Positions 1 through 14,007 of a stretch of 64,000 nucleotides of DNA are shown piece by piece. The position numbers and the translations under genes were made by a program. A model generated the notes under the pieces. It had not been told where the DNA came from. It made no database searches and saw only the letters and a program-made list of their open reading frames with translations. This DNA comes from Octopus vulgaris (lineage: Eukaryota), in the NCBI GenBank assembly GCA_951406725.2, contig OX597832.1, forward strand, positions 12,400,001-12,464,000, given 5' to 3'. How positions within the stretch are numbered: position 1 is the first letter of the stretch; each line of letters begins with the position of its first letter.

Positions 1-329
1 TTTCCGTTTCACGCCTTGAATCTCATATTTCTAATAGAATTTATTCTCGCATTCCTGCTCTTTTCGATCTCTCACTAACTTATTTTCTATATTCCCGCAT
101 CGCTTCCTATCATGTATGTGTTCCTTGCCCAGTCTTGAATGAATGGCATAACATACCTTTCATCTTCGGTTGAAACCATATCGTAGTAATAAGATGTTTC
201 ATATCCTATTTTGTGCTCCTACGTTTTTCGTAATACTTTTCATATCTATATAGAAATAACAGCCAAATTCACCTAAATCATATTTCACATTCTTAGAAAA
301 AAATTAAGGCATTATAGGTGAAAGAAAGC

Positions 330-1267
<938 letters not shown>

Positions 1268-1704
1268 GACGGTTACTGGAGTTCCATAGAGTTTATGTAA
1301 CCGGGATCACAACGTTCTTTTGAATAAGATGTTGGTAGATTATTGTGTTCAAGTGCAGCAGTTTTATGTGGTAGGTGAATCCGATTGAAACAACCGCAGG
1401 ATTTGACGGTTACTTTATCTCACCAACACCTTGGGATGAAGCGCAAGCTGGACCTCAGCTTCATTGGAACGTACAGAGACTCTGACCATATAGTCTAGCG
1501 TGCTTAAGATTCCGCCAGATAACCTCCTTCCTATCCATTGTTATCCACATATAATTACCAACAGATTTATATTGCAATGCAATAGTAATTTGCAGAGAGA
1601 GACCCTGTGAGACTTCTGACAACAGGTTGCTGTCTGCTCTCACAGAATCAACTTGAGCAACTAAGACAGAGAGCTCTGAGATGTTAAATAATAATAATAT
1701 TAAA

Positions 1705-1900
1705 AATTTCAAATTTTGGCACAAGACCAGTCATTTAGGGAGACAGGGTAAGACTATTACCTTGACTCAAGTACTCAACTGATACTTATTTCATTGATTC
1801 TGAAAGGATGAAAGGCAAAGTTGACCATTGCAAAATTTGAACTCAGAATTTAAAGATGGGTGAAATTCCGCTAAACATGTCACCTGGTTTGCTAATGATT
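1705..1900 (-). mobile_element. Degenerate SINE family A (tRNA-like head, Nin/Deu-like central domain)
   Basis: AAAGGATGAAAGGCAAAGTTGACC..ATTTGAACTCAGAA is the reverse complement of the family-A core seen intact at 16113 and 32368. Confidence 0.8.
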
Positions 1901-1926
1901 TGATAATACTTGGGACATGAATACAG

Positions 1927-1998
1927 TAAAGCTTGTAGCTGTGATAAAGCTTGTAGCTCTGATAAAGCTTGTAGCTGTGATAAAGCTTGTAGCTGTAA
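1927..1998. repeat. 18-bp tandem repeat x4 (TAAAGCTTGTAGCTGTGA)
   Basis: Four adjacent near-identical units with no spacers. Confidence 0.95.
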
Positions 1999-2851
1999 TA
2001 GTTGGTCGAACAATCAACTGCAAGAGTTTTATTAGCTGAAGATTTTATGTTCGAGAAGATTAACTCTTTGTGGGAATAAGTTGAGAAAGACTCCTCTTTT
2101 GATTCCTCTTTTCACGGGCAAAATTTAAAGAAAATCTAAAGACTTATATTCAAGGGACTCTTCTCTGAAAGATAAATATTTCTGAACCTACTCTCTACTT
2201 GGTCACATGCAATATTTAATCAGGTCAAGCCGTTGACCTAGCCGAAAGAGGATACAAATAAGGAAAGTGGATTACTCCTGCAAAATAGATTTGTTGACAG
2301 AGAGTTCAAAAAGAATATTATCAAATTACTTCGTTGTTTGTGTTAAGGGGGGTGTATTTTGATAGCCTTGTGCAATTACAAAACAAAATGGAATGCAATT
2401 GAGACCTAATGCTTATGATTATAGCTTACCAGCCAAGTCACGCTGGAATAAATCACTTCATATCCTATCTTGCGCTCTCAACTTTTCTGTAATATCTTAT
2501 ATGCCTTTATCTGTATAGAAATAACAGCCAAATTCACCTGGACCATATTCCACTTTTTTTAGTAAAAAGAAGGTATCATTGGTCAATGCAAGCATTATAT
2601 ACATACACACATACATACTTATACATATGCATGCATATATACATGCATACAATCATACAAACATACATATATACATAGACACACACACATATATATATAC
2701 ATATATATATAAGATCATGCAAAGAAATAGGTGTGTATATATAAGTGTGTGCGTGCACGCAAGTTTGAGTATGTATGTATATCTATAAGTGTATGTGCAT
2801 ATATATACACACACATATATCTATATCTATCTATCTATATGTATATCTATA

Positions 2852-2894
<43 letters not shown>

Positions 2895-3136
2895 GGGAGA
2901 GAGAGAGAGGGGGGAGAGAGAGATACATTCACATATACATACACAGTGGAAGAGAAATGGCAAGTGGAGGGTGAAGAGAGAAATGGGGAAGAGAGAACCA
3001 AGGTATGAAAAGCGAAAAATGTCTTTGATCATATACCCACACGATCAGGGCTGATTTGTTGCTAAACCACATCAGGAACTCTTGTAAATTTATAATTCTC
3101 TAGCTATTTTGATCTATAGCTTTTTCTTTGTTCTTG

Positions 3137-3233
3137 TTGTTTAGCCCCAGGTAATACATTATGATCAAAAGCCTTACAGATATAATAATTTCTTCTTTCA
3201 ATCCTAATACATTAAGGACTGTATTATCGAATG
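3137..3233 (+). repeat. Left arm of a 97-bp inverted duplication (partner 4008-4104)
   Basis: Manual ungapped alignment to the reverse complement of 4008-4104 gives 8 mismatches in 97. Confidence 0.95.
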
Positions 3234-3554
3234 AGCATCTCTTTCCTTAAGACAATATTGTTGGATATAATGGAAATTTCATTGATATTTTGTGTTAGAA
3301 CTTTGAACAGATAAATGTTTTCTTTGACACAAGAGTGCCTTCTCTCTTTCTCACTCTTTCTCTGTCTCTCTTTTTCATTTATTCTGTAGAGTATGTGTGG
3401 AAAGAAATTTCTGCAAGTATCAAATTTTAGGATGCAATTTTGGAAGCTCTTATCCGTAACATTGTCTTTTCTTGGTTTTCAGCATAATGATACTGCAGTT
3501 AATTCCCGAAACATCTTACTATACTTTTATTAGTCGTTTTATGTTCGGCATGTA

Positions 3555-3936
3555 TAGAAAGTTAGTCATTTTGTTCTTTATTTCAAGGCCCAATGGCTCT
3601 AGATTTTGCAGCCATGTCCGCAATTCATTTTCTTATTCAAAGGCAGCTACAAGGACGATGCTATTTAGAAGAGTACCAATGGGCAATTGGCCTTAAACTC
3701 TCTTGTTATGGTCAAGAAGACATCGATAAAAACGATGTGACTGAGATCCGAGACTGGTGAACTCAGATTCATCTCTCTATCAACTCTCATCTTACTCACT
3801 TCATCCGTGTACATAGTTTGAACGTCTCTTTCTAGCCATCCATATGCTGCTAGTTTCGGCAGTTACCACTAATTTTGGAAGAGATACCTCTGCCAAAAGC
3901 TTTCTCATAGTCGGTGAATGATCAGTACAGTGGTTT
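3555..3936 (-). mobile_element. Decayed RTE-clade non-LTR retrotransposon reverse-transcriptase fragment
   Basis: Manual minus-strand translation across frameshifts and stops: KPLY*SFTDYEKAFGR / KLAAYGWLERDVQTMYTDEVSKMRV / VHQ / LSHIVFIDVFLTITREFKANCPLVLF* / IVLVAAFE*ENELRTWLQNLEPLGLEIKNKMTNFL. This is collinear with the RTE RT motifs FvDleKAFDrv, GVhQGsvLSPlLF, the (lost) YADD and GLkvN..KT. Confidence 0.85.
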
Positions 3937-4007
3937 ACACTAGACTAAATAACTCACCTGTAGTCACCTTGCCTGGAAGGAAGCTTCAGTAGTACGTCCC
4001 CCTAATA

Positions 4008-4104
4008 CATTGGATAATGTAATCCTTAATGTATTAGGATTGAAAGAAGAAACTATTATATATGTAAGAATTTTGATCATAATGTATTACCTGGGGCTAA
4101 ACAA
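4008..4104 (-). repeat. Right arm of the 97-bp inverted duplication (partner 3137-3233)
   Basis: Reverse complement of 3137-3233 at ~92% identity. Confidence 0.95.
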
Positions 4105-4347
4105 ACTGCAATGCAGCTAGTGTTAATCTCTAATTCATTATTTGTGATATAGTTCAAACTTCTGCAATGATAATAACTCCATAAATTCTTTATTTTTTTA
4201 AAGTATATTGACTGACACATATCTTGTCCAATTACGCCGAATACATGTTGACTATGATTCACTATATAAGAGAAAATCTCACTTTGTCTAAAGAAGTTGC
4301 CAAATGGAATACTGTCGTTGTTGCTACTTTAACCGTGAACAACTTTC

Positions 4348-4755
4348 TTTACTCTACTCTTTTACTTGTTTCAGTCATTTGACTGTCGCATTACTGGAGC
4401 ACCGCTTTTGTCGAGCCAATCGACCCCAGCACTTATTCTTTGTAAGCCTAGTACTTATTCTATCGGTCTCTTTTGCCGAACAGCTAGGTTACGGGGACGT
4501 AAACACACCAGCATCGGTTGTCAAGCGATGTTGGGGGGGACAAACATAGACATACAAACTCACACACATATATATATACATATACATATATACGACGGGC
4601 TTCTTTCAGTTTCCGTGTACCAAATCCACTCACAAGGCTCTGCTCGGCCCGAGGCTATACTAGAATACATTTGCCCAAGGTACCACGCAGTGGGACTGAA
4701 CCCGGAACCATGTGGTTCTTAAGCAAGCTTCTTACCGCACAGCCACTCCTACGCC
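4348..4755 (-). mobile_element. SINE family B, full length (tRNA-like head, CORE-like CCTTGGGCAA, internal (TA/TG)n, CAGTCAAATGACTG hairpin tail)
   Basis: Collinear with the copies at 9980, 12731, 41281, 47105, 59352 and 61216. The head has A/B-box-like motifs (TGGCTGTGCGG ... GGTTCAGTCCC). Confidence 0.93.
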
Positions 4756-4949
4756 TGTCACCTAGCAAATATTTTCTGCCTCAACAGTCTCGCCTTGCCT
4801 TAGAGCTATATTACTTAGCGATGACTTCTCTATCTTTTATTTTAAGGGAGCAAGTTTTGATGTGAGGTCGAACTGGCAGCTATTTCTAGCAGACCATATG
4901 TTGCAAGTTATAAAACTTTCCCATTTTCTTACCTTCTCTCAATTTCTCT

Positions 4950-5007
4950 TCATACCTATCTGTCTGCCTATCTCTCTATCTTTCTATCTGTCTATCTTTC
5001 TATCTCT

Positions 5008-5050
<43 letters not shown>

Positions 5051-5051
5051 C

Positions 5052-5111
<60 letters not shown>

Positions 5112-5175
5112 TATTCTGTCTATCTATATGCGTGTATGTATGTATGTATGTGTGTGTGTGAGAGTGTGTATGTAT
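4950..5175. repeat. (ATCT)n / (GTAT)n / (GT)n compound microsatellite
   Basis: Directly visible. Confidence 0.95.
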
Positions 5176-5315
5176 CCTTCGACCTTCTTCACTGTTTCTC
5201 TCCAGAAAATTCTCACATAAGGCATTGGTTGGACTCGTGAACATATTAGTAGACACTTACCTACGGTACCACGCTGTGGGATTGAACCTGGTACCAAGTA
5301 GCTGCAAAGTGAGTT
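5176..5315 (-). mobile_element. Degenerate 5' half of SINE family B
   Basis: AGACACTTACCTACGGTACCACGCTGTGGGATTGAACCTGGTACCA matches the family-B head. The copy ends at the microsatellite. Confidence 0.7.
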
Positions 5316-5668
5316 TTAAAGAAAAAAATGTATTGGTTCGTAGCTATCATATAAATACTTGAATAATCTGCCGCTCTGCCGGCTCGAACCTAGAGCTACG
5401 GAGTTGCATAGTAAAACTTTTAACCGCGTTGCCTTGCTTGTCTTAGGATTCATGAGCCAACAGCAATGTAATATCGGACGTTGTAATATTGGACAAGAGA
5501 CCCTTCACTTACTTGTCATTCCTTCCTACTGATTTTTAAGTGATCAATATAAAGTACTAACTTAATGATTCTTGATTTATTGATTTCCTTCGGCAGCGTT
5601 ATTGCAAGCTACAAGCGATAAAAAATAGTGACATGTAATCAATACGGCCAAACTCCTGCTTATTGTTC

Positions 5669-6328
5669 AGGGTTCATATGATGTTTGATTTATTAATATT
5701 AGAAACTCCTACATTGTGTACACGAGTTATAGGTATAGGTATGCTGATGTTGTTGTTATTGTTATTGCTGTGGTCGTTGTTGTTGCTGCTGTAGTTGTGT
5801 AACTCCAGATCAAATCTGATCTTGTAAAACTATGATCCGTTCATTCCCATCGTACCACTCACGTCTGGGGGCTACACGCCGTTGGATGTCAAGAGGGCTA
5901 CACACTGTTGGATGCTTTCTTGTTCTTTTTAAAGAGAGTTAGGGTATGGTCTGAGAGCATGTCTTACAATTCACTCCTTTTTCTATTTTATTTATATGTG
6001 TAAGGAAAGGGTTCATATGATGTTTGATTTATTAATATTAGAAACTCCTACATTGTGTACACGAGTTAGCTATAGGTATGCTGATGTTGTTGTTGTTATT
6101 GTCGTTATTGTTATTGCTGTGGTCGTTGTTGTTGCTGCTGTTGTTGTGTAACTCCATATCAAATCTGATCTTGTAACACTGACCACATGTCTTCTATGAG
6201 GGCTACCCACTGTTGGATGCTTTCTTGTCCCTTTTAAAGAGAGCTAGGTAGTGTTCAGAGAGAATATCTGACAGTTCACCAACAGCAGGCCCCTTTTTCT
6301 ATTTTATCTGAGTTATATGAGTAAGGAA
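5669..6328. repeat. Diverged tandem duplication (units 5669-6007 and 6008-6328)
   Basis: Both units begin AGGGTTCATATGATGTTTGATTTATTAATATTAGAAACTCCTACATTGTGTACACGAGTTA and end GTAAGGAA. Confidence 0.93.
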
Positions 6329-6398
6329 AGGAGCACCTATGAAATTAGTGTAGGAAAATTGAGAACGAGGCACAATTTTTTATAAGCCTGCATTAAAT

Positions 6399-6431
<33 letters not shown>

Positions 6432-6630
6432 AACACCACCACCATCATTCCCTACACACGAGATTATGTTGTTAAACCTTCGACAAATTGTGTCCAGTAC
6501 AAAAAATTGAAACGGACATGCCAATGAAATTCTACACTTCCCACCGATGTAATTTCACTCATAAATTTGGTGCAACACAGAATAATGGGGCTGGAACTTC
6601 AGTATACTGCTATACTATAGCTTAAGTTTT

Positions 6631-7047
6631 GGATCTTTTCGGTTTGAACGGCAGTTTTTAACATAATTTCTAGGTAACTAAAAAAAAATTTAAACTTCGT
6701 ATACTGGTAGAATGTGTTTATAAAACATGTTTTTCTCTTGGCTTTATTGAGATAATTCTATAGTTTGTAAGATATTTGTGTTTTTTTTTTACTTCAATTT
6801 CTGCAATTTCAACCAATCAATGACGTGTATTGAGGTTATAAACATTCTGTCCTTCGTTTGAGAAACAGATTGGTTTTATTTACATTTGTGAAGAAAAAAA
6901 GATACCCCCACCCCCAACCCTAACACTAACCAACCCTAACCCTAAAATAGATTGAAATGCAATAGATAGATACTAGGGTCAAAAGTTATGGGTGACAATT
7001 TCATATGACACCGCTAGAAAAAACTGCCGTTCAAACCGAAAAGATTC
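6631..7047. mobile_element. MITE (non-autonomous DNA transposon) with ~29-bp TIRs and an 8-bp TSD
   Basis: Left GGATCTTTTCGGTTTGAACGGCAGTTTTT, right AAAAACTGCCGTTCAAACCGAAAAGATTC. Flanks TAAGTTTT (6623-6630) and TAAGTCTT (7048-7055) match at 7/8. No ORF inside. Confidence 0.9.
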
Positions 7048-8343
7048 TAAGTCTTACCCAAATAGCCATAGCTACATCATATTGTTAGGTTATATATACA
7101 CTGACAGTGAAGTGGACAATAATCTCTGCAGAGCTCTAAATTAATATTTCTCTTACACTCTATGCATCTTGATAATACAAAAATATTACCTGATTTACCT
7201 GACAATACAAGTTAATTCCTAATTTTCACACAGAGTAATTTTTTATTGTGCTGGCCAACATTCCCTACAAAGCTCACAGTAACAAGATTTTTATTTGTTT
7301 ATTAAATTCCGGCGTATTTGTTATTTTTGTTTTTGTGACATAACCGATGTAGCGAAATCGTACAACATAAGATCGGCCCATCAGAAAAAATTAGCGGTTG
7401 AATAAATAAAGTTATAGACATATAGAAACAAATAATTAAGACCGCTATGTGTTCAAGAACCATTACTGCTAGCGATTATTATTCACATATCCGTGTTTAA
7501 TATTGTGAAATGAATGAGAAATTAACGAATACCACACCGAGTAATGCATCTGAAAGCATCTAAAGCAACACACAAACAATATCTGGAACCGAATCCCCAT
7601 AGATTTGGAGAACCGGTATATTTAGGAGAAATTATTGATTAGACGTACGACGTTAAACTTATGTAAATGTTATGATTTATGCATTCGATGGCGTTTTTGT
7701 TTAATATGTTACCCACCGAGATATTTGTATGTCTAATGATGAAATTCACTTGTAAGCAAGAAAATACTACGTATTTACTGTCTGTCACTGAAAAAATAGA
7801 AAGCTAAATAATTATTTGTCCTTATTTTGTAGTGCGATAAATACACTGAAATAATTGAACTTTTGTGATCATCTTTATCAATCGACGCTTGATTAAGGCT
7901 ATTGATATTACAGAATGAAGATAATGGCTGAAGAACTGTTCATTGCTTTTTTTTCTCACTTGCAGTAATAGCTGAAGTGGAAAATGAACTAGTTACACAT
8001 TTTCATCCATCCATACCTATATAAACACATTCATACATATATTAATTCATTCGTTTGCTTGTTTCACTCGGTGGTGTACGGCCATAGTGGGGCGCCGTAT
8101 TGAAGGGGATTTCGGTCCATCAAATCGACCATGGTGCGTGTTTTAAGTCTAATGATTATTCTATCGAAATCTAATTAAGGGAGCCTTGTACGCAGAAACA
8201 TATACAGTTATCAAACAGCAACGGTCAAATGCAAGCATGCACGCAAATCACATATACACGCACACAGACACATACAGACAAACACAGATACACACATATA
8301 TATGTATGTAAATATGCATGCATTATAATATATAGGAATAAGA

Positions 8344-8398
<55 letters not shown>

Positions 8399-8504
8399 CA
8401 CACACAAACACACGCAATCTCTCACATACACAGGCGGATATATATATATGTGTGTATGTGTTTATATATCGTTGGTTGTTCCTTCTCGAGCCTCACCTGT
8501 ATCA

Positions 8505-8727
8505 TAAGCGCCCGTTTCCCGGTTTCCTTGGTTCCCCGCGTGGGCGGCTAGATGCAGGAGGAAAGAGTGAGAGAAAGTTGTCGCAAAAGTGTCAGCAGAA
8601 GTTCGCCATTACCTTCTACCGGAGTCATTAGAAGCTTAGGTGTTTCGCTCATAAACACACACATCGCCCGGTCTGAGATTCGAAGCCGCGTTCCCTCGAC
8701 CGCGAGTCTGCTGCTCTAACCACCAGG
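8505..8727 (-). mobile_element. SINE family C variant (tRNA-like head)
   Basis: Reverse complement reads GGTGGTTAGAGCAGCAGACTCGCGGTCG..GCTTCGAATCTCAGACCGGGCG. It shares AACTTTCTCTCACTCTTTC with the 20965 and 47853 copies. Confidence 0.85.
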
Positions 8728-9662
8728 TAGTGGTAGGAAAGAATTCAAGATTTAATGTGGGTTGCTCAGACGAATTCAGAGAAGGGTGGGCAACAGCCAA
8801 GTCCATTTTGAAAGCCTAACAAATTAGTCTAGGTAGGAAAGCGAAAGAAGAGAACAGATTATCTTAGTGAAACTATGCTAAACCTTGTTTGCCAGCTACT
8901 TGAGGACGACGAAATAAAATAACATTGCTGGGCGTTGAACTAACGGAAATTGTTAGAGAAGAACAAAAGTCATTGTGTTACTGTAAATTAAGTATAAGTT
9001 ACGGAATAGTATTACTACAAAACTGTAATCTTTATTAAGTGGATAACTTGTCAGAACACTTAATAGTGCGTTATTATCCGTTAGAGGCGCTTGGTGTATA
9101 AAAGCACACACGTAAATCGTAGCAGACGAGAATTACAATCTATGTATGTATTTTTATGCTCCAACCGCCTATCTCAGAGGTTCTCTCACGGCTAACAACG
9201 CCGCATTAGGTGTGCTAACAAGACAACCATGTTGGCTTGGATATCAAGATAGCATTGCTTTATTATTTTCGTATCTGAACGTTATGAGCTTGCCTGCGAA
9301 CTGATATCAAATTGTTTTCGTCTCTCTATTATTTGAAGAAAAAAAGTTTACGTGAAAAGCTGAGGCGTACAGCTATTCTTCCATGAAAGAGATAAACCGA
9401 ACCCAACATTTCCCATGTCGGTACTCTGAATAGGAATTTTCCAAAATGCGGATAGTAAACAACATTAACAAAAATGACTTTGTATTAGGGTATAATAGGC
9501 TTATTTGCTTAAGCCGAAATCTTGCATGACTTACAGGTATATATCCCGTCAGTAATAAAACTTTTTTTTATCTCATACATATATTTATATGTGTGTGTAA
9601 GTGTATGTAAGCGAGTTTGTGTGCGTGCGTGTATGTGAGCGCGCTCGTGTGTGCATGTTTAT

Positions 9663-9695
<33 letters not shown>

Positions 9696-9979
9696 CATAT
9701 ATAAATATATATAGAGATAAATACATAGATCTGTGTATATATGTGTGAGTTTGTAGATATACACACGTATGTATGATTCTATATATATATATATGTATGT
9801 GTGTGTATTTGTGTGTGTGTGTGTGTATATAATATATATGTGTATGTGCAGGTAGAGAGTTGGAGGGGGTGCATTCGCGTATTGTGAGACAGATATCAGC
9901 ATATATTATTATTCCATGTTAAAAACATGATGACTTAAGCGATTTTCCAGGAACTTGTGTTAAATAATAAACATTGGAT

Positions 9980-10364
9980 AGATACGGGCTTGGATGTGCG
10001 GTAAGAGGTGTTTCCTAACCTCATGGTTTCGGGTTCAGTTCTACTGCGTGGCACATTGGGCAAGTCTCTTCTACTATAACCTCAGGCCGACCAGAACCTT
10101 GCCAGTGGATTCGGTAGACGGAAATTTGAAGAAAACCGTTGTATATATATGCATATATTTTTGTATTTGTGTCTGTTTGTCCTCTCACCATCGCTTGGCA
10201 ACCGGTGTTGGTGTGTTTACGTCCCCGTAATCTAGCAATACGGCAAAAGAGACCGATAGAGTAAGTTCCAGGCTTGCAAAGAATAAGTCCAGGGATCGAT
10301 TTCTTCGAGTAAGAGGCGGTGCTCCAGCATGGCCACAGTCAAAATAACTGAAACAAGTAAGAGA
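9980..10364 (+). mobile_element. SINE family B, full length, with possible TSD ATTGGAT
   Basis: Collinear with the other family-B copies. ATTGGAT occurs at 9973-9979 and 10365-10371. Confidence 0.9.
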
Positions 10365-11306
10365 ATTGGATGTTGGAGATACGAAATATTCATCACCGGG
10401 TTTCAACCCCATGACAAACTGAAGGAAACACAATTATCCGATGTCATAAGATTACAGGCTTTCATTTTCTAATGGTATTAGCGTTGCTAGCGAAACTAAG
10501 CGAAATTGCGAAAAATAGTATTCCCTCCCCACTCGTAGACACACTTCGTATCCTAATCTTACCGGATAATATGAACAGGTTACCATGCAGCCCCACATAA
10601 ATGTGCTCTTTATTAAACATTCCAACATGCATTGTAGCCAACAATGGCGTTCTATTTAATGATTGCAAAGGATATTTGCAATGCAGGAAGAATTACAGAG
10701 TGTAAAATGAAAATTCTGTAGGAATCATATAAGATTGACTACAATCTATTTTAGTTACAACGTTGTCGAATACGGCGAGAACGAAGAAGTATATATAATT
10801 TGATCTGATATTATTTAGACAGCGCTTTAGAGGCCAATAACTTATTGCTTCCTATCTTTGATTACTATGAATCAATTGCCATCTTCTGGTATTGTCGAAC
10901 ACTTGCTGCAAAAACACACGCACAGCATATTACAAAACGATAGTCACACGAAATTTTATCCGCACAAATATTAAGCGCAGCGAGGCAATCACTTGGCATC
11001 TACAATCATTTAAACACATAGGCACACATACACATATATACACACATACACACGCATAAACAGATGAACACATAAACACACATTTCTGCTTAGTTATACG
11101 ATGAGCAGGTTCAATTCATTAAGTTCGAAGAGACAATCATCATCTTTTTACATGATTTCTATTGCATACATATTCAAGTGACTTAGATAGGAGACGTTCA
11201 GCGTAATTGATCACTTGCCAATATCAAATTTAGAGGAGCGAGCTATCACTAATTTGGTACAGCTACAACCAGTTACACGCATACAGATTTGTGTGTATAC
11301 ATACAT

Positions 11307-12100
<794 letters not shown>

Positions 12101-12236
12101 CTCATATATGTGTCCCCTTGTTAGTATATTTGCTCATAACTACATCTGTGTATACATACATGCCTACATACATATATACATGAATGTGCGCCCGTATGTG
12201 TGTGTGACTGTGTGTTTGTGTGTTTTTCTCTGTGTG

Positions 12237-12279
<43 letters not shown>

Positions 12280-12730
12280 GGAAGAATGGGAGGTTAGATT
12301 TATCAAATTCATACTTAATTTAAGATACGTAGGAGGTGGCGACTCAGTAGAAATGCCAGGCCAGCGTATTAAATAACATATTATGTGGTGTAAGTCATTT
12401 AAGTTCGAAGCGGAATTCATATTCTGCCAAAGCCGACTTTGGACTTAAAGATTTGCAATGTGAAATTACTCTCACAGACATATATAACTTCCATATACAA
12501 ATTGAACTACATACGCAAACACACTCATATGTATGTGTGCTATGTGTGTATGTGTGTGTGTGCTTGCATGTGTGTATATATATATACAGAAAGACACATA
12601 TTAACAAATAGATAGATAGATAAATAGAAAGATACTATTGACAAATAAATGAAAGTAAATTCTTTCAAAATATTGTTCTTGTGTTTTGTCACAGAACGTT
12701 TACCCCGAAATCATATGTTTATATCATATG

Positions 12731-13133
12731 TTTTTTTTATTCATTTACTTGTTTCAGTCATTTGACTGTGGCCATGCTGGAGCACCGCCTTTAGTCGAGG
12801 AAATCGACCCCAGGACTTATTCTTTGTAAGCCTAGTACTTATTCTATCAGTCTCTGCCGAACCGCTATGTTACGGGGACGTAAACACACTAGCATCGGTT
12901 GTCAAGCGATGTTGGGGAAGGGGAGCAAACACAACACACAAACATACACATATATATGTATATACATATATACGACAGGCTTCTTTCAGTTTCCGTCTAC
13001 CAAATCCACTCATAAGGATTTGGTCGACCCTAGGCTATAGCAGAAGACACTTGCCCAAGGTGCCACGCAGTGGGACTGAACCCGGAACCATGTGATTCGT
13101 AAGCAAGCTACTTACCACACAGCCACAATAGCC
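12731..13133 (-). mobile_element. SINE family B, full length
   Basis: High similarity to 4348-4755 over the whole length. Confidence 0.93.
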
Positions 13134-13510
13134 TACCTCTTGCTTCATTAGGCTTTTTTTCGTGTGATCCTTATATTTACAGTCTTAACCACATATGTTA
13201 GTGAGTGTGACACTAAGTTATTATTTTCTTTTTTTTTGTTGATGTTTACCTAGTTGCCTCTAACGATCTGTGTTCAAATAGAAAACAGGTCGAATTTATT
13301 TTTTATCTTTCTAAGTTCGATAAAATAATTGCAAGTCAATACGAAGATCCAGTTTTTGATGCGTACCAAAATTTATGGCCTACTTTTCTGTTTTTTTTTT
13401 CTTCTTAATTTGTCTGTGTCATATTTCTATTATTAACGGCTGTTAATTTCTATCACTAGACATTTAAAAAATAGTATCTAGTCATTTAGACACTGTTTGC
13501 GTATAAACAG

Positions 13511-13700
13511 ATTTCATTTTAAATGCCAGAATGTAACGAAGACAACATTTGATGTTAGTGCTGCCGAACAACTCGACCATGTTAAAAATATGAACCACAT
13601 TATTGAAGAAAATATCAGCTCAACTGATCAGACAAAGATTTTCAATTTTAAGTATAATATAATAGACAGACAATTAATAATCTATTCAAATGTCGCGGCG
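13511..13700 (+). CDS. Candidate coding exon of an unidentified gene (…FHFKCQNVTKTTFDVSAAEQLDHVKNMNHIIEENISSTDQTKIFNFKYNIIDRQLIIYSNVAA)
   Basis: Unique sequence with an open frame, acceptor AAACAG| and donor GCG|GTGAGG in phase 0, compatible with the next candidate exon. No homology recognised. Confidence 0.3.
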
Positions 13701-13899
13701 GTGAGGGGATGTTTTCAGATGCTACGTATAAATTTCTGTCTTTTTTTATTTCTCTATATTCATTTTTACAAAAAAAAAAATTTCTTGTTCATTGACTCCT
13801 GCTTAAAATACATTCATTTTAAAATAGATTCATATTGTGACGCCACTAATATCTTGGCAAAGGGTCTATAGCATGTAACGTTTGATTCCCTTTTTCAAG

Positions 13900-14007
13900 A
13901 TGATTGGTTGTGATTTAATTGTTAATCAGAGCGAAATTTTGCCTACATTTGAATACGAAACCTCGCCCACTGGCGAAGTCTCTAATATCCACATGAAATT
14001 AAATAGT
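13900..14007 (+). CDS. Candidate coding exon (MIGCDLIVNQSEILPTFEYETSPTGEVSNIHMKLNS)
   Basis: Acceptor TTCCCTTTTTCAAG|, donor AGT|GTGAGC, phase 0-0, 108 nt. No homology recognised. Confidence 0.3.

Noticed and set aside
1927-1998. CRISPR-like repeats (also 39049-39155 and 54066-54159)
   Set aside because: No unique spacers or only two units, no cas genes, and a eukaryotic context.
4304-4865. Overlapping ORFs with normal-looking composition (also 10185, 15953, 23804, 32259, 47190, 47880, 61061)
   Set aside because: They lie inside multi-copy SINEs, and the frames are not preserved between copies.
6912-6945. Interstitial telomere or chromosome-fusion scar
   Set aside because: Only a few imperfect CCCTAA units, and they are internal to the MITE.
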